A stretch of DNA of 59,685 bases, the filler included, from Thelocarpon superellum (Eukaryota), in the NCBI GenBank assembly GCA_026025795.1. It is 4 parts of 4 records of this genome, joined end to end, with 100 filler letters (N's around TTAATTAATTAA, not from the genome) between each part and the next. Parts side by side here need not be neighbours in the genome. Positions count along the whole stretch, not along the records: positions 1 to 14,947 come from JAPEUG010000422.1; 3 more parts are not named here. One strand, 5' to 3'. The notes beneath the pieces were generated by a model. The model was not told the DNA's origin and searched no databases. It saw only the letters and a program-made list of their open reading frames with translations. Positions 1 through 11,307 of the stretch are shown one piece after another (position 1 is the first letter of the stretch; each line of letters begins with the position of its first letter). Made by a program: the position numbers and the translations under genes.

Positions 1-3000
1 GTGGTGATATCAATCGCCATCGCGGACGGTCAAGCTGCTGATCGACGTATTGCGTTTTGATGGATGGGAGGTTGTATAATCTAGACTGGACATGTAAGAG
101 GGATGATCTGCCTCGCGTCAGGAGCGGAGAGGCGGTGAGCAATCGTACCACGGAAACGCCCCGACCTGTCTCTACCCGTCTCGGGTACAAATGAGACACC
201 GTTCCCTCGATTGTGAGGTCGTTCCAAGAACGGCTCGCGTGAATGTCGAAAGCCTCGATCACCGGATGAGTCTCAATTCCTGCCACAGGCCACGGTACGG
301 AGCGAGAGTCTGTCGGCTTAGGACGTCGGACTCTGGGAGTACCAATCAATCAATTGATCGTGGTTGGGTCGGGCATCCGACGGCTTTGTGGTGACCAAAG
401 TCTCTTAGCTAGCCCGGCGAGCCTCAAGATTGTAGCACAAATTTCGCTTGGCGGACATCACTCATAGCTATCCAGACCTTCCTTTGGACGGGTCGTCGGT
501 GGTTATACGATGGCATTGAGGGTGGAAAGACCCAGCCTTCCAATATCATCGCTGCTTTGCCGCGACACCGTGGCCTGCAGTCACGACGCGTTAGCCAATT
601 GTGGCCATACTCAACTGTCGCGGACGAATCACTCCACGGGCTGTGCGGACGTTGGTGCCTGTAAGCACCGCCGATGGGGAGGTTCGAGGACCGGCGGTGG
701 GGCACCGCCTAGTCGGGGCTGCTCCGCCCCAGCAACAAGGCGGGTGATGCGCGTCTGCATTAAGGGCGAGCGGCACAGCAACAGTGGAGGGGTAGCGCGG
801 GTGACAGGTGGGCGACAGGTGGGGGTTGCAGCGCACGGAAACGAAAGTAAGGGAACACCTATCGGTATCGGATGTGACATGACCCGGAGTCAGAAGCCGA
901 AGAACACCGGTTCTCCGTGAGATGGATGGCACCTACGATACGGCTTTCTCTGGCCCTGTCCGTGTCCTGTCCGTCAATAGGGTTAGAGCCATACTACGAA
1001 GGCGAGCGAACTTGGTACTAAAAGGCTTCTGCCATATGTTCTCCTCCATCTGGTCTCCTCATCGCCCATTACTGAGATAATCTCCCCCAAGCCATCTCTA
1101 CCAATCATGATGGCGGGGTAGTCGATATGCGACTGCCAGTGCGAGCGGAGCACTCGGGTAGGATGGATTTGTTGAGAAGTACCTGTATGCCTTAACTATA
1201 CACCACTAACATATTGTAGAGTAGCCATCCACAACCGCGACCGGGTCGCTCGGTTTCTCGTATCCATCCCAAGCCACTCCATCCGGTCACGGAGCTCGTA
1301 CGGGTCCGTGCAGTCAGATCGCGGCTTGCGGGCCGGTGGTGGCCGAGCCGCGGGCGAGCGATGACCACCCGTCGCTCAGTGGCCGCATCTCACAGCCAAT
1401 GACCACCCATCGCTCGGCGGTGGGGTATCACCAAGATTTCAAAATCGGCCGCATTAGCTGCGGCACTTCTGCACAATGCCAGGAAACCGCAGCAGCAGCA
1501 GGTCGATGGCGAGCAATCGAGCCACCTCGCTTATGCCTTGCTCTCGCTATAATGACGACTCGGCTGGACGACAAATCTATTGGTGTGGCCTGTGCCTATT
1601 GCTACGCGCAAATTCATGGTTGCCGTACACGATTCCTCAAGATGTCTCTGTTGGCATTGGATATGTTCGAAGCCGCTCGTCCCTGTCCATCGTGCGACCG
1701 CTCGCTGTTCTACGTGCTGTGTCAGCGTAGCATGAATAATCGTCCAAGCGACTTACCCGGCAGAGTCATCTCTCGAGATGGTTGTAGGGAGTAGTGGTCG
1801 GCGCGCTCGTGGACAAGTGGTGACTCATCAGGCAAGGGGGTCCCTTATGACCCTGAGAAACTAGCATCTGGAGTTCGAGAGAGCACAAACCTTTGGGCAC
1901 TGAATAGACAACCATGTCCGATCCCTCGAGCGAAGATACGACTTTTCTTTGTGTCGCAATATTTGGACGCATTGATGCGCCATGTGACGCTGCCCTGTGC
2001 TTAGCAAGAACAACGGCCCGGGCTCTGGTCACGCGACTTACCTGCATACGATGATGGTTGAGGGGCCTTTGGCTTTACTCTTCCAACCTCGGTGGAAATG
2101 TCGAAACGACGGGCGCGCGTCGGGGAGCATTCTCGAAGAACGATAAAAGGGCCATTTTCTCATGCGGAACATCCCCATTGGAACGGTCTTGAATACCTTG
2201 GTCAACTTTGAAGACACCGGCACTGTGAATGTGCGATTCAAACGAGAGGCGCGCAAATACCTAGCAGGGCACTGGGAATCCGTAGAAAAAGCCAAGAACT
2301 GAGGGTTTGGTAATACCAAAGACCTCGTATCGTGCTTGTAACATACTACCAGCACGAGCAAGTACTACTAGTAATTTAGTAGGCTGCCAGACGCGGCCGT
2401 AGTACGAAGTACCGAAAGAAACTGCAGCCGGGGAGCTGGACTGACAGCCTACTCCGTACGACCAATGAGTCGGTATCCACGCCTAATCTTTTCGTCACTT
2501 ACCTGCATCACTCTCACCCCACCTAACTCAGGCGATTGAATTACGCTCACCTTTCCGTACAGATGGAATATACGTATGAGGGAGGTATTTGGTTATGAAT
2601 AATAAGATCTGTATTGAGTGCCATGGTGGCTACTAGCCACCCAAGCAGAGCTAACTATTTCCCTAACGCGGCATTCGCCGGTATTATTACCTCCACGACC
2701 AGTCAATGATTATGTCATCCTCTAAGAAGATGAGCAATGACACCTGACCCGGACTCGCCGTCGTCAGCGTGGGCCTATGTCCCTCACGTTCTTCGTTATT
2801 ATCGTCATCGCTGAGCGCTTCATATAAATCGACGATATCTTGGCGGTCCAGAGTCATGTCCGGGTGTGGAGGCGTACGGCCATCGCTTTTGGTCTAGACG
2901 CGCTCGTGGCTTCGGTGATGATATGACCGCCCCGGGCTAGATCAGTAGCTCGGTCATGATGCCTTTACCATCCTGTTGGGACTTCTCTTCCATTCTTCAA

Positions 3001-3040
3001 AGTCTCTTTGAATCATTCCCGCCGCCACGGGTGATTGGCC

Positions 3041-4294
3041 ATGGCGCTTCCCGATCCCGCCTTCAGCCTCAGTATCCCTTCGCTGCACGACGACACGACC
3101 TTGACTGGCCGCGTCTACCACCCCGCGGCGTTGTATGAAAGCTATGGGCAGGACGGAGTTGAATGGGCGCCGCGAGGGGCGATCCTGGCTCATCCTTATG
3201 CTCCACTCGGCGGCAACCAGGACAATCCCGTCGTCCTCATGGCGGCCGAGGAGCTCCTTCTGCAGGGCTTCGTCGTGGGCACGTTCAATTTCCGCGGCGC
3301 AGGCACGTCTCGGGGTCACACGAGCTGGACGGCGAAGCCGGAGATCTTGGACTACATGTCCTTCGCCGGATTCTTCATGCACTACCTGCATCTGATAGGT
3401 TCGTCCAGCGCCAGCTTCCAGACCCGTCGCCATGTCTCGGACGCCACGCTCTCTCCCATTCCATCGAACACGATCTTGCCGACGGAGAAGATGGTGATAT
3501 CTAAACACACCACCGTCTTGATACTCGGTGGCTACTCCTATGGCTCGATGATCGCCACCTCTCTTCCACCCATCAAATCCATCGTGGCCCGATTTGCCGA
3601 CGGGCAGACGGGCACGACGGAGGCAGAGATCACCCTGCGAGCGGCGCGGTTGGCCCATCAATGGGGAAACGAACAGCGGCAGAAGGCGATGGCGAGCTGG
3701 GCCCGGACGCGGCGGCCGAACGGTCCCGGCTCTCATCGTAGCAGCCCACACATGTTGTTCGTCATGGGCGGCGAGGAGTCCGAGCCCGGCAGTCGGCGCA
3801 CGAGCCGTGACACGCGGCGGAGCTTGGACTCGATTCGAAAGAGCTTTGATTTCTCACGCGAGCGACGGAATTACAAACGGGGAGATAGCTCAGGTTCCGA
3901 GGGTCGCGGGTCTCAAGAGGATGAGGCTCCGCGCATGATGACTCCCTCGCCCACGACCGCCTTTCTTCTCATCAGCCCGCTGCTTCCTCCCATATCGACG
4001 CTGGCAACCTTCTTCACCGATCCGGCAAGGAGCTTCAACCAAGAGCCGGCAGCAGTCCAATCCCGATTGACGACGCACGCCACTCTAGCCCTCTACGGCA
4101 CGCGGGACACATTCACCTCGCTGAAGAAGCTCCACAAATGGTCGCTCGAGCTCTCGAATACGACCGGCTCCCGATTCTCCTCGGCCGAGGTCCCAGGGGC
4201 CGGCCACTTCTGGAGCGAGGAAGACGTCGAAGAACGATTTCGGGAGTCAGTTGGGCAATTTGCGGAACGCCTCTCGAGCCACTGCCCCAACTGA
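3041..4294 (+). CDS. Alpha/beta-fold hydrolase (single exon)
   Basis: Long ORF from ATG 3041. Motifs HPYAPLGGNQDNPVV, FNFRGAG, nucleophile elbow GYSYG, acid region YGTRDTF and C-terminal GAGHFW (catalytic His). Confidence 0.85.
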   Translation: MALPDPAFSLSIPSLHDDTTLTGRVYHPAALYESYGQDGVEWAPRGAILAHPYAPLGGNQDNPVVLMAAEELLLQGFVVGTFNFRGAGTSRGHTSWTAKPEILDYMSFAGFFMHYLHLIGSSSASFQTRRHVSDATLSPIPSNTILPTEKMVISKHTTVLILGGYSYGSMIATSLPPIKSIVARFADGQTGTTEAEITLRAARLAHQWGNEQRQKAMASWARTRRPNGPGSHRSSPHMLFVMGGEESEPGSRRTSRDTRRSLDSIRKSFDFSRERRNYKRGDSSGSEGRGSQEDEAPRMMTPSPTTAFLLISPLLPPISTLATFFTDPARSFNQEPAAVQSRLTTHATLALYGTRDTFTSLKKLHKWSLELSNTTGSRFSSAEVPGAGHFWSEEDVEERFRESVGQFAERLSSHCPN

Positions 4295-5907
4295 TGACCG
4301 TCTGCCATTCGTTTGCTGTGAAGAATTGTTGGCTCAACGGAACGATGTGGGACCGGAGAACGACACAGCCCATCATTCACCTGTCTCCTGGGGACGTTCA
4401 GGAAACGGCTGTGCACCAAGTCACTTAGGCGAATGGCGTCATGGCGGCAACACCTCACACCTCGTCCTGCCAGATCTCGACAGATCTCGACAGAGGCTAG
4501 AGACGCCGCACAGCTGCTGTGATGTTCACCTGCCCTTGAACCACTGGGAGTCACAGGTGCCATCGCGATTGTATTCTACTAGTGTAATATTGTAATCACC
4601 TACCAGGACTTTCGGACCGAGAACTGTAGCGCCAGTAGCCTTGAATGGGGTGGCCGAATTTGAAGACGTCAAATGAAGGCTTCCGTTGTATCTTCCAAGG
4701 GCATGTGGGCCGAGCACACGGGGTCGGATGGACCAGTGAATGAACAAGCACGTAGAGCTCCGGCAGGGGTGCGTGGGGTAGTGTGAGCCTATGTCAGTGG
4801 GTGGCACTGCGGCGAGGCCGTCGACACGGGCGAGAATGTGACTTGTCGGCAGTAACGCGTGACGTCGCCACTATCTGCAGTGTGTGTCAGCGGATGGGGG
4901 AGATGCTGCCGGCTTCGTACCCGAGCTCCGGGCCCCGACGCAGCCTGTCAGGCTCGCCACGGCTGGCCCTAGGGACGTCGTACGGCTCGACGCTCATACG
5001 CCGAACGGAGCTGGTCTTCCGCTAAGCACTGCGCCGACTGGCCCGTAGAGGGTCGGACGTTTCGAAGGCAGCGCGGCCGGTCACAAGGCAAACCCCTCGC
5101 CTGCCAGCGATCGGCGGTCCTGGCGCCTGTCATGTTCAGCAGCCTCCTTTCTCCCGTCAAACCACACAGTTGTACGCTCTCCGCTCTTGCGTGGGTGTTG
5201 ACCACATTACTCGGACACTTCCTTCTTGCGCAGCGACCGATCCGAGACCTAGGTCACGCTTCGCGCTGGTCGTTTGGACTACTTGATCGGAATCTCATAC
5301 GCCTCGCATGCCTCGTATGCCCCTCTTCATTCATCAGTCACATGTGTTTTGGAGGGAGATTGAGGCGGCAGCGAAGCCCACATGCTCCCGAGCAACAGAC
5401 ACGACCTGGAGCCCAACTTGCAGCTTTTGGTGCACCCTGCCCTCCGCGGACCCGTCCGCGGCATCGATGACGGATGATGCAAGGGATCATGGGTTGGAGT
5501 GTTAGATAGGATACCTAGCTTTGTCCCGGCGAAGGACAAGGAAAGAGCTGTGCGCCAGGACGTTCTTGTTCCCTGCTCCGCAACAGCCCCGATTACCTCC
5601 CTGCGCCTGCACGGCAACGTAGCGGATCGGCCGCCACCCGACCTTCCCCAGACTGGGGTAGCCAGGGTGCTCCAGCCTGAGCGCGTGCGCCATGTGCAAC
5701 ACCCTGAGCCACCGAACACACCGCCTCGTCACTGCACCGGCCGTGCTCTCCACGTTACGGCTACGTTGGTGCCAACCAAGTTCTGGCTCGTAGCACGAGC
5801 TGAGGCACTCTGGCCATATCCCCTTGGCCATATCCCCTCGCTCCATCCTGATTCACAACTCCCTCTTCCCATGCAACCCTCCCCCACTTCGAGCCCCTCG
5901 GTATCGC

Positions 5908-6006
5908 CTCGTCACCCTCGTCACCCTCGTCACCCTCGTCACCCTCGTCACCCTCGTCACCCTCGTCACCCTCGTCACCCTCGTCACCCTCGTCACCCTC
6001 GTCACC
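5908..6006. repeat. Perfect 9-bp tandem repeat (CTCGTCACC)x11
   Basis: Read directly. It produces the PRH/LVT/GDE repeat ORFs in the track and lies about 120 bp upstream of the lipase ATG. Confidence 0.95.
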
Positions 6007-6126
6007 ACCGCAAGCCATGTAAAGAGGAGTCGCGGACCACGTCGACCAACGTCATCCGAGTGCCGCCCGCAAGTCCTCCATCACTACCGGCCGGGCCGGG
6101 ACGGATGGCGTCTCGTCAGATGCACC

Positions 6127-8598
6127 ATGTCCTTCTTACAGAGTGCCCCAACGGTCCTGCATGACCTCGAGCAGCGACTGAGCCCGCGTCCCAAGCCGAA
6201 TGGACCCCCGCCCAGCACAAGCAGCGGAGGATGGCTCACGTCGCTCGTGCGCTTGGTCCGCATGCCGGGCGACTCCGTCGCTGCGGTGTGGGAGGCCTTG
6301 CGCGAGGGGCACACGGTCGAGGAGCGCGCGGCGCTCGCCGGGCGAGAGCACCGCACCCAGATCCTGTACGCGCGACAGGCCAACGCCGCCACCTTTGGTG
6401 AATGGCGAGACGCGGCGGAGGAGCTCGACCTGCTGGAGGGCAATCACGACTGGAAAGCGACGGACGAGTCGCCCGACTATAATGCCGCCCTGGTCGAGGC
6501 ACGGCTGAAGGAGCTGGACGAGGCCCGCATTAGCTGTGACGTGCGACGCATGCTGTTCCTCGTGCGCACGTCGCTGACCCGTGGCCTGGGGGACATGGGC
6601 AACATCAAGCTCTACCAGCACTCGCACATCGGCACGAAGAACCTGATCGAGCGGTATATCAACTCCACCCTCGAGACGCTGGACTCGCTCGTGGCCCTGT
6701 CAGCGCGGCATGCCCCGCCGGGCATGGACTCGAAATTCGTCCTCGAGCAGATCTTGTCGGCCCGACAGTCGTTCGGTCGGAGCGCCTTGCTGCTGTCGGG
6801 TGGCGCGACGTTTGGGATGAGCCACATTGGCGTGCTGAAGACGCTGTGGGAGGCCCGCCTCCTGCCCCGCATCATCTCCGGTGCCTCGGCCGGGAGCATT
6901 GTGTGCAGCGTCATCTGCACCCAGACCGACGAGCAGATTCCCGCCCTGCTCGAGAATTTTGCCTATGGGGATCTGTCCGTCTTCGAGCCTGAAGGCACCG
7001 AGGACGGCATCCTCAAGCGTGTGGCTCGATTCCTCAAGTTCGGAGCTTGGATTGACATTGCGCATCTGGTGCGGGTCATGAAGGAACTGTTGGGGGACAT
7101 GACCTTCCAAGAAGCTTATAACCGCACCCGACGCATTCTCAACATCTGCGTCTCGAGTGCGAGCCTATACGAACTACCTCGACTACTCAACTACGTCACT
7201 GCGCCGAATGTCTTGATCTGGTCGGCCGTGTAAGTCCTCGTCCCCTTGGACTCGCCCGCCTCCAGGCTGACTGGTCCTCTTCTCCCCAGCGCAGCCTCCT
7301 GCTCGGTCCCCTTGGTCTTCTCCGCCACCTCGCTGCTGGCCAAGGACCCGAAGACGGGCGAGGCGGTGCCGTGGAATCCATCGCCGCAGCGCTGGATCGA
7401 CGGATCCGTGGACAATGATCTCCCTATGACACGGCTGGCGGAGATGTTCAATGTCAACCACTTCATCGTCTCCCAGGTCAACCCGCACGTCGTCCCCTTT
7501 CTTGCCAAAGACGAAGATGCCGTGTCGGCTGGGCGGGACGGTGCGGCGGCCGGGCCAGGCTACGTGGACGCCTTCCTGAACCTAGCCAAGGGCGAGGCGC
7601 TGCATCGGATGCACGTCTTGACCGAGATGGGCATCTTCCCCAATACCTTGACCAAGTGTCGATCGGTGCTGAGCCAGCGATACTCGGGCGACATCACCAT
7701 CTTTCCCGAGATCTCGTACGCAAATTATCCTCGAATGCTCACCAATCCCACGACGGACTTCATGCTGCGTGCGACGGTGTGCGGGGAGCGGGCGACGTGG
7801 TCGAAGCTGAGCCGGGTGCGCAACCACTGTGCCATCGAGTTGGCCCTCGATGACGCCGTGCAGCAGCTGCGAGCGCGGGTGGTCTTCAGCCCCAGCCAGG
7901 TCAACCTACGGCTCAGCGCCTTTGAACCGCTCGCCGGCACGGCGGCGGCAACCTCGCGGCCCAGCGCGGAGCGTGGCCGGGGCCGGGGCCGGGCGGGTCG
8001 GGTGCGACGGACCGGGTCGCAGGACATTGATGGCCCTACGGGGGGCCTCTACACCACGGCCCAACCCCCGGCCGTGCCTGGCGCGGAGCGGCCGACAGGC
8101 TTCCTGGCTAGTCGGAGCACGACGGCGCTCCACCATGCGCCGACGTTCATCCCCTCGCAGCGACGAGTGGACTCCGCCTCGCGGCCCCCGCGGCTGTCCA
8201 TCCCACATCTCGGGGACGTCACGTCTTCGGGCGGCGACACGTCGCACTCTCCCCATGAGTCGTCCGATCACGCATCGGACGCTAGCTCGAGCAGCTCCCC
8301 ATCCTCCCCTTCGTACTTTCGACAGGCCTCGACCGCCGCGTCACAGACCCTGTTTCCGTTTGCCTCCCAACCGGCGACGCCGCACTGGGGCCAGAAGCGA
8401 TGGGGATTCTTCTCCATGGTGTCTCCGCCCAGCACCCGCGCGCCCTCGCCGTCGTCGACGCCGCCCATGCAATCCTCCCTGATCATGACGCCCTCGACGC
8501 AGACGAGCTCGCCTGACGCCAAGCAGCGCCGTGCGCCAAGTCATCGGGCGGGCGCTGAGGCCGGCAAGAGCGGCACCTCCGACCCCAAGGCTCGGTGA
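6127..8598 (+). CDS. TGL4: Patatin-like triacylglycerol lipase, TGL4/TGL5 type; exons 6127-7229, 7290-8598
   Basis: N-terminal region typical of Tgl lipases (EWRDAAEELDLLEGNHDWK...RTSLTRGLGDMG). Patatin motifs SGGATFG, GASAG and WIDGSV, plus LLNYVTAPNVLIWSAV|AASCSVP. The GTAAGT...GCTGAC...CAG intron 7230-7289 joins the two ORFs in frame. Low-complexity S/P-rich tail. Confidence 0.9.
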
Positions 8599-10210
8599 GA
8601 CCCGTCACTCTGGCACTTTCCTTTGATCCGCGCTTTTCTTTGCGATAGCAGGCATGACCGTCGTCCTTGTAGATGGACCCGGCGTTGGACGCATCTTGAG
8701 GCGCATTAGCCCTAGCACTATGAGCGTCGCGCAAGCGACTTGGCTGTATCACATCCTCTCGAGCTATCGCACGCATCCAGGCGTACTACTTGTGCTTCAA
8801 ACCACGTACGTACGACAGGACACGACGAGACTTGAACGCATGCATCCCACTGTTCCGCCTATAGTGACGCCACTACCAAGTCGGTAATCCTGCCGCAGCG
8901 CCTTGAGGACCTCCACGTCGTGAGGTGTCCGCCACTGTCATGACCTGTGATGTCTGGCGCCAACGGGCAGCACCAGAACGGCGCCAGACGACGTGCATGC
9001 TTCCGCCCTATCCTCGCCACCTTCTCTTGGAATTCAGGAGGGCCTTACGAAGCCATTTGCCACTCTTGCGACCGATGATCTCACGTGATTCAGGCACGCG
9101 TAGGATGATAGATCGGCGGTTAGGAAACAGCTCGACTTGTGCTCGAACAAGGAAGAATCCAGATCTTCTACAAAGTCTTTCCGTCATGTTCCGCGCCCTG
9201 ACTCGTGGCGTATCTCCGAGATTTCGTTCAGGATGTTCTCTAGCTCTCGTTCCATGCCGAAGAGCAACACCACGTCGATTCTCCTTGATCTCGATCCATA
9301 CCTCGTTTCCAGCGACCCTGTTTCGAATCAGCCCTACGCGGAATTCCAATCTCTTCCACTGTCCACAAGATGCACGTCCCGGACGACTCTTGGACGACGG
9401 TGTCACGGTCTCCGAGCACGACCTCGCCTATCCATCAATCTTTAAACCCTGCCTTGTGTGTTGACCACCAGCAGCCCGAGTGGAAGCCGTCTGTCTACTG
9501 ACAATAAGATGGTGTCCAACGGCGCCGTCTTACGCCTAAAACGTGCACGATGCAAGAGCTCGTCCGAGGGATTGTGGATGAACATGTGGGGGAGTGTGAG
9601 ACCGGTGGTACTACCTCCCTCGAAAGCCCGTTGATGCTCCCTGTCCCTAAAGGTCAGTCAGTGCTTACTGGTCCGCTTCAATGTCGTACAGACACGTCAT
9701 ACCCAGCGGCCTCATCCTGCTCCGCGAGTACGTCGCTCGGTTTCTCTTCAGCCTTCACGTCCGGTTTCGCCGAGTCGTGCGTTCTTCGGCCCACTTACCA
9801 AATGCCTAGCTTACCATGCCTGCAGATCTCAACCGCGACCTCGATGAGGTCTATTCGAAACACGCAGAGTCGAGACCGCAGAGCAGTGGCTCGACGAACA
9901 CGACTTTTCCTCGGCCGTAGCAGACGATGATGTGGCCGTGTGGAGCGCTGCTTAGTTGGCACCTGGGCATCGGTCCATCCCATACATACGCCTTTCAGAT
10001 CGGAGGTCACGTTATCCGTCCAGCCATCGCACCCCGTGATGCATATTACTACGATGCAAGTGCATGCTCGATTGGTCCGTCGGGCACTCACTGCCACGGT
10101 GGGAGGGAGTATACATCAAGGTGGCAAGAGTAAACTGTTCAAATAGATATCGTAGGTACAGTACATCACAAGTCCACCCGCGCGCCGCCACAGGAGTGAA
10201 GTGGTCCCTT

Positions 10211-11307
10211 TCAGAGGTTCAGGGCAAACATCGCCGCCGCCAGGAGGACAGCGATAGATCCGGCGCGCGTAGCGGTCCCGTCGCTTGTGGTGGCCGACGG
10301 CGCAGGCGTCAAGCTCCCCGTGGACGAGACACTTGTCGTGGCATTGGTGGTCGAGTTGGTGGTCGCATTGGCGGGTGCCACCGCCACTCCGTTGTTGGAC
10401 TCGAGACTGCACGTCGCGTTGGGGCTTAGCGGACACTGCTTGTCCGTGCAGATGCTCTGCAGTTGCGGTCCTTGCGACGGAATGACCGTCGTGGGCGGAG
10501 AGCACCGGTAGTCGAACAACTTGCCCAGAGCCTCGCCCACCGTCGTCACGTCTTCCGTCGCGACGCCGAATGAGGCGGCCGATAGACCGACTTGCGTGAT
10601 GAAGTAGCCCACTTCGAACGGGTCGAGAGCCATGAATCTGTCCGTGGCTCATTAGCCATCCCTCCCACCACCGCGCGCACTCGCTCCTGATGGGGCCTTA
10701 CTTGTGAACCTGGTACATGCTCTTGCCAGCGGCGTAGGGCGGGAAGGCGCTTCCTCCCTGCAGTGTGCAGCCAAGGAGTACACCAAAGTATTGGTACAGA
10801 TGCGTGAGCAGCTTACTGCAGGACATGGATCAGACGTGAAGACGGTCGCGGAGTGAGGTGCTTACTATTGGTTGGACGTCGTGCCATTGGCTGCCATGTT
10901 CAACTTCAGCGGCGCAGCACCGCCGTCGTCCAGAAAGTTGACCGATTGGCCCGATGACCCGCCCTCGTTGGTCGACAACAGCATGCCGTCAAAGTACTGC
11001 AACAGATTGACGGCGGTGCCATTGTACGTGCCAGGGGTCAGGATGCCAGGCACGGCGATGCCCACATTCGGCTTCGTATAGTTGCCAATGACCGCCGTGT
11101 TCTTGCCATTGTCAGCCGGGCTCCCGCTCCATCCAATCACGTTTGACGCTGGCTTACCACGACGAGGGTGAGCAACTCCAGCTGATTCTCCGCGGTGTTG
11201 TTCTTCAACAACGCCGTGGTGTAGTAGTCACACACGGAAACATTGGCCGGCCGCTGGGCGACGGCCTGGCCAATGGCCGCCAACAGAACGAAGCTCTTGA
11301 GAAGCAT
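10211..11307 (-). CDS. Secreted, probably GPI-anchored protein with a truncated (2/2) globin-like domain; exons 11307-11158, 11101-10866, 10815-10702, 10637-10211
   Basis: Three GTAAG...AG introns with branch sites give one continuous frame: signal peptide MLLKSFVLLAAIGQAVA, core ...YKLLTHLYQYFGVLLGC...PYAAGKSMYQVHKFMALDPFEVGYFITQVGLSAASFGV..., N-glycosylation sequons, S/T-rich stalk and hydrophobic C-terminus (SIAVLLAAAMFALNL). The gene model is well supported. The globin call is an inference. Confidence 0.85.

Noticed and set aside
1336..1794. 152-aa ORF with two CxxC pairs (CAYC, CPSC)
   Set aside because: GTG start, no recognisable zinc-finger spacing or other gene signals; likely chance.
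5499..6164. ORFs with PRH, LVT or GDE repeats
   Set aside because: All are translations of the 9-bp DNA repeat; the lipase more plausibly starts at ATG 6127.
8900..9850. Minus-strand protein-like fragments (e.g. RIDVVLLFGMERELENILNEISEIRH; DSAKPDVKAEEKPSDVLAEQDE) and splice-like signals
   Set aside because: I could not build a consistent spliced frame and in-frame stops intervene. It may be a relic, but cannot be supported without a homology search.
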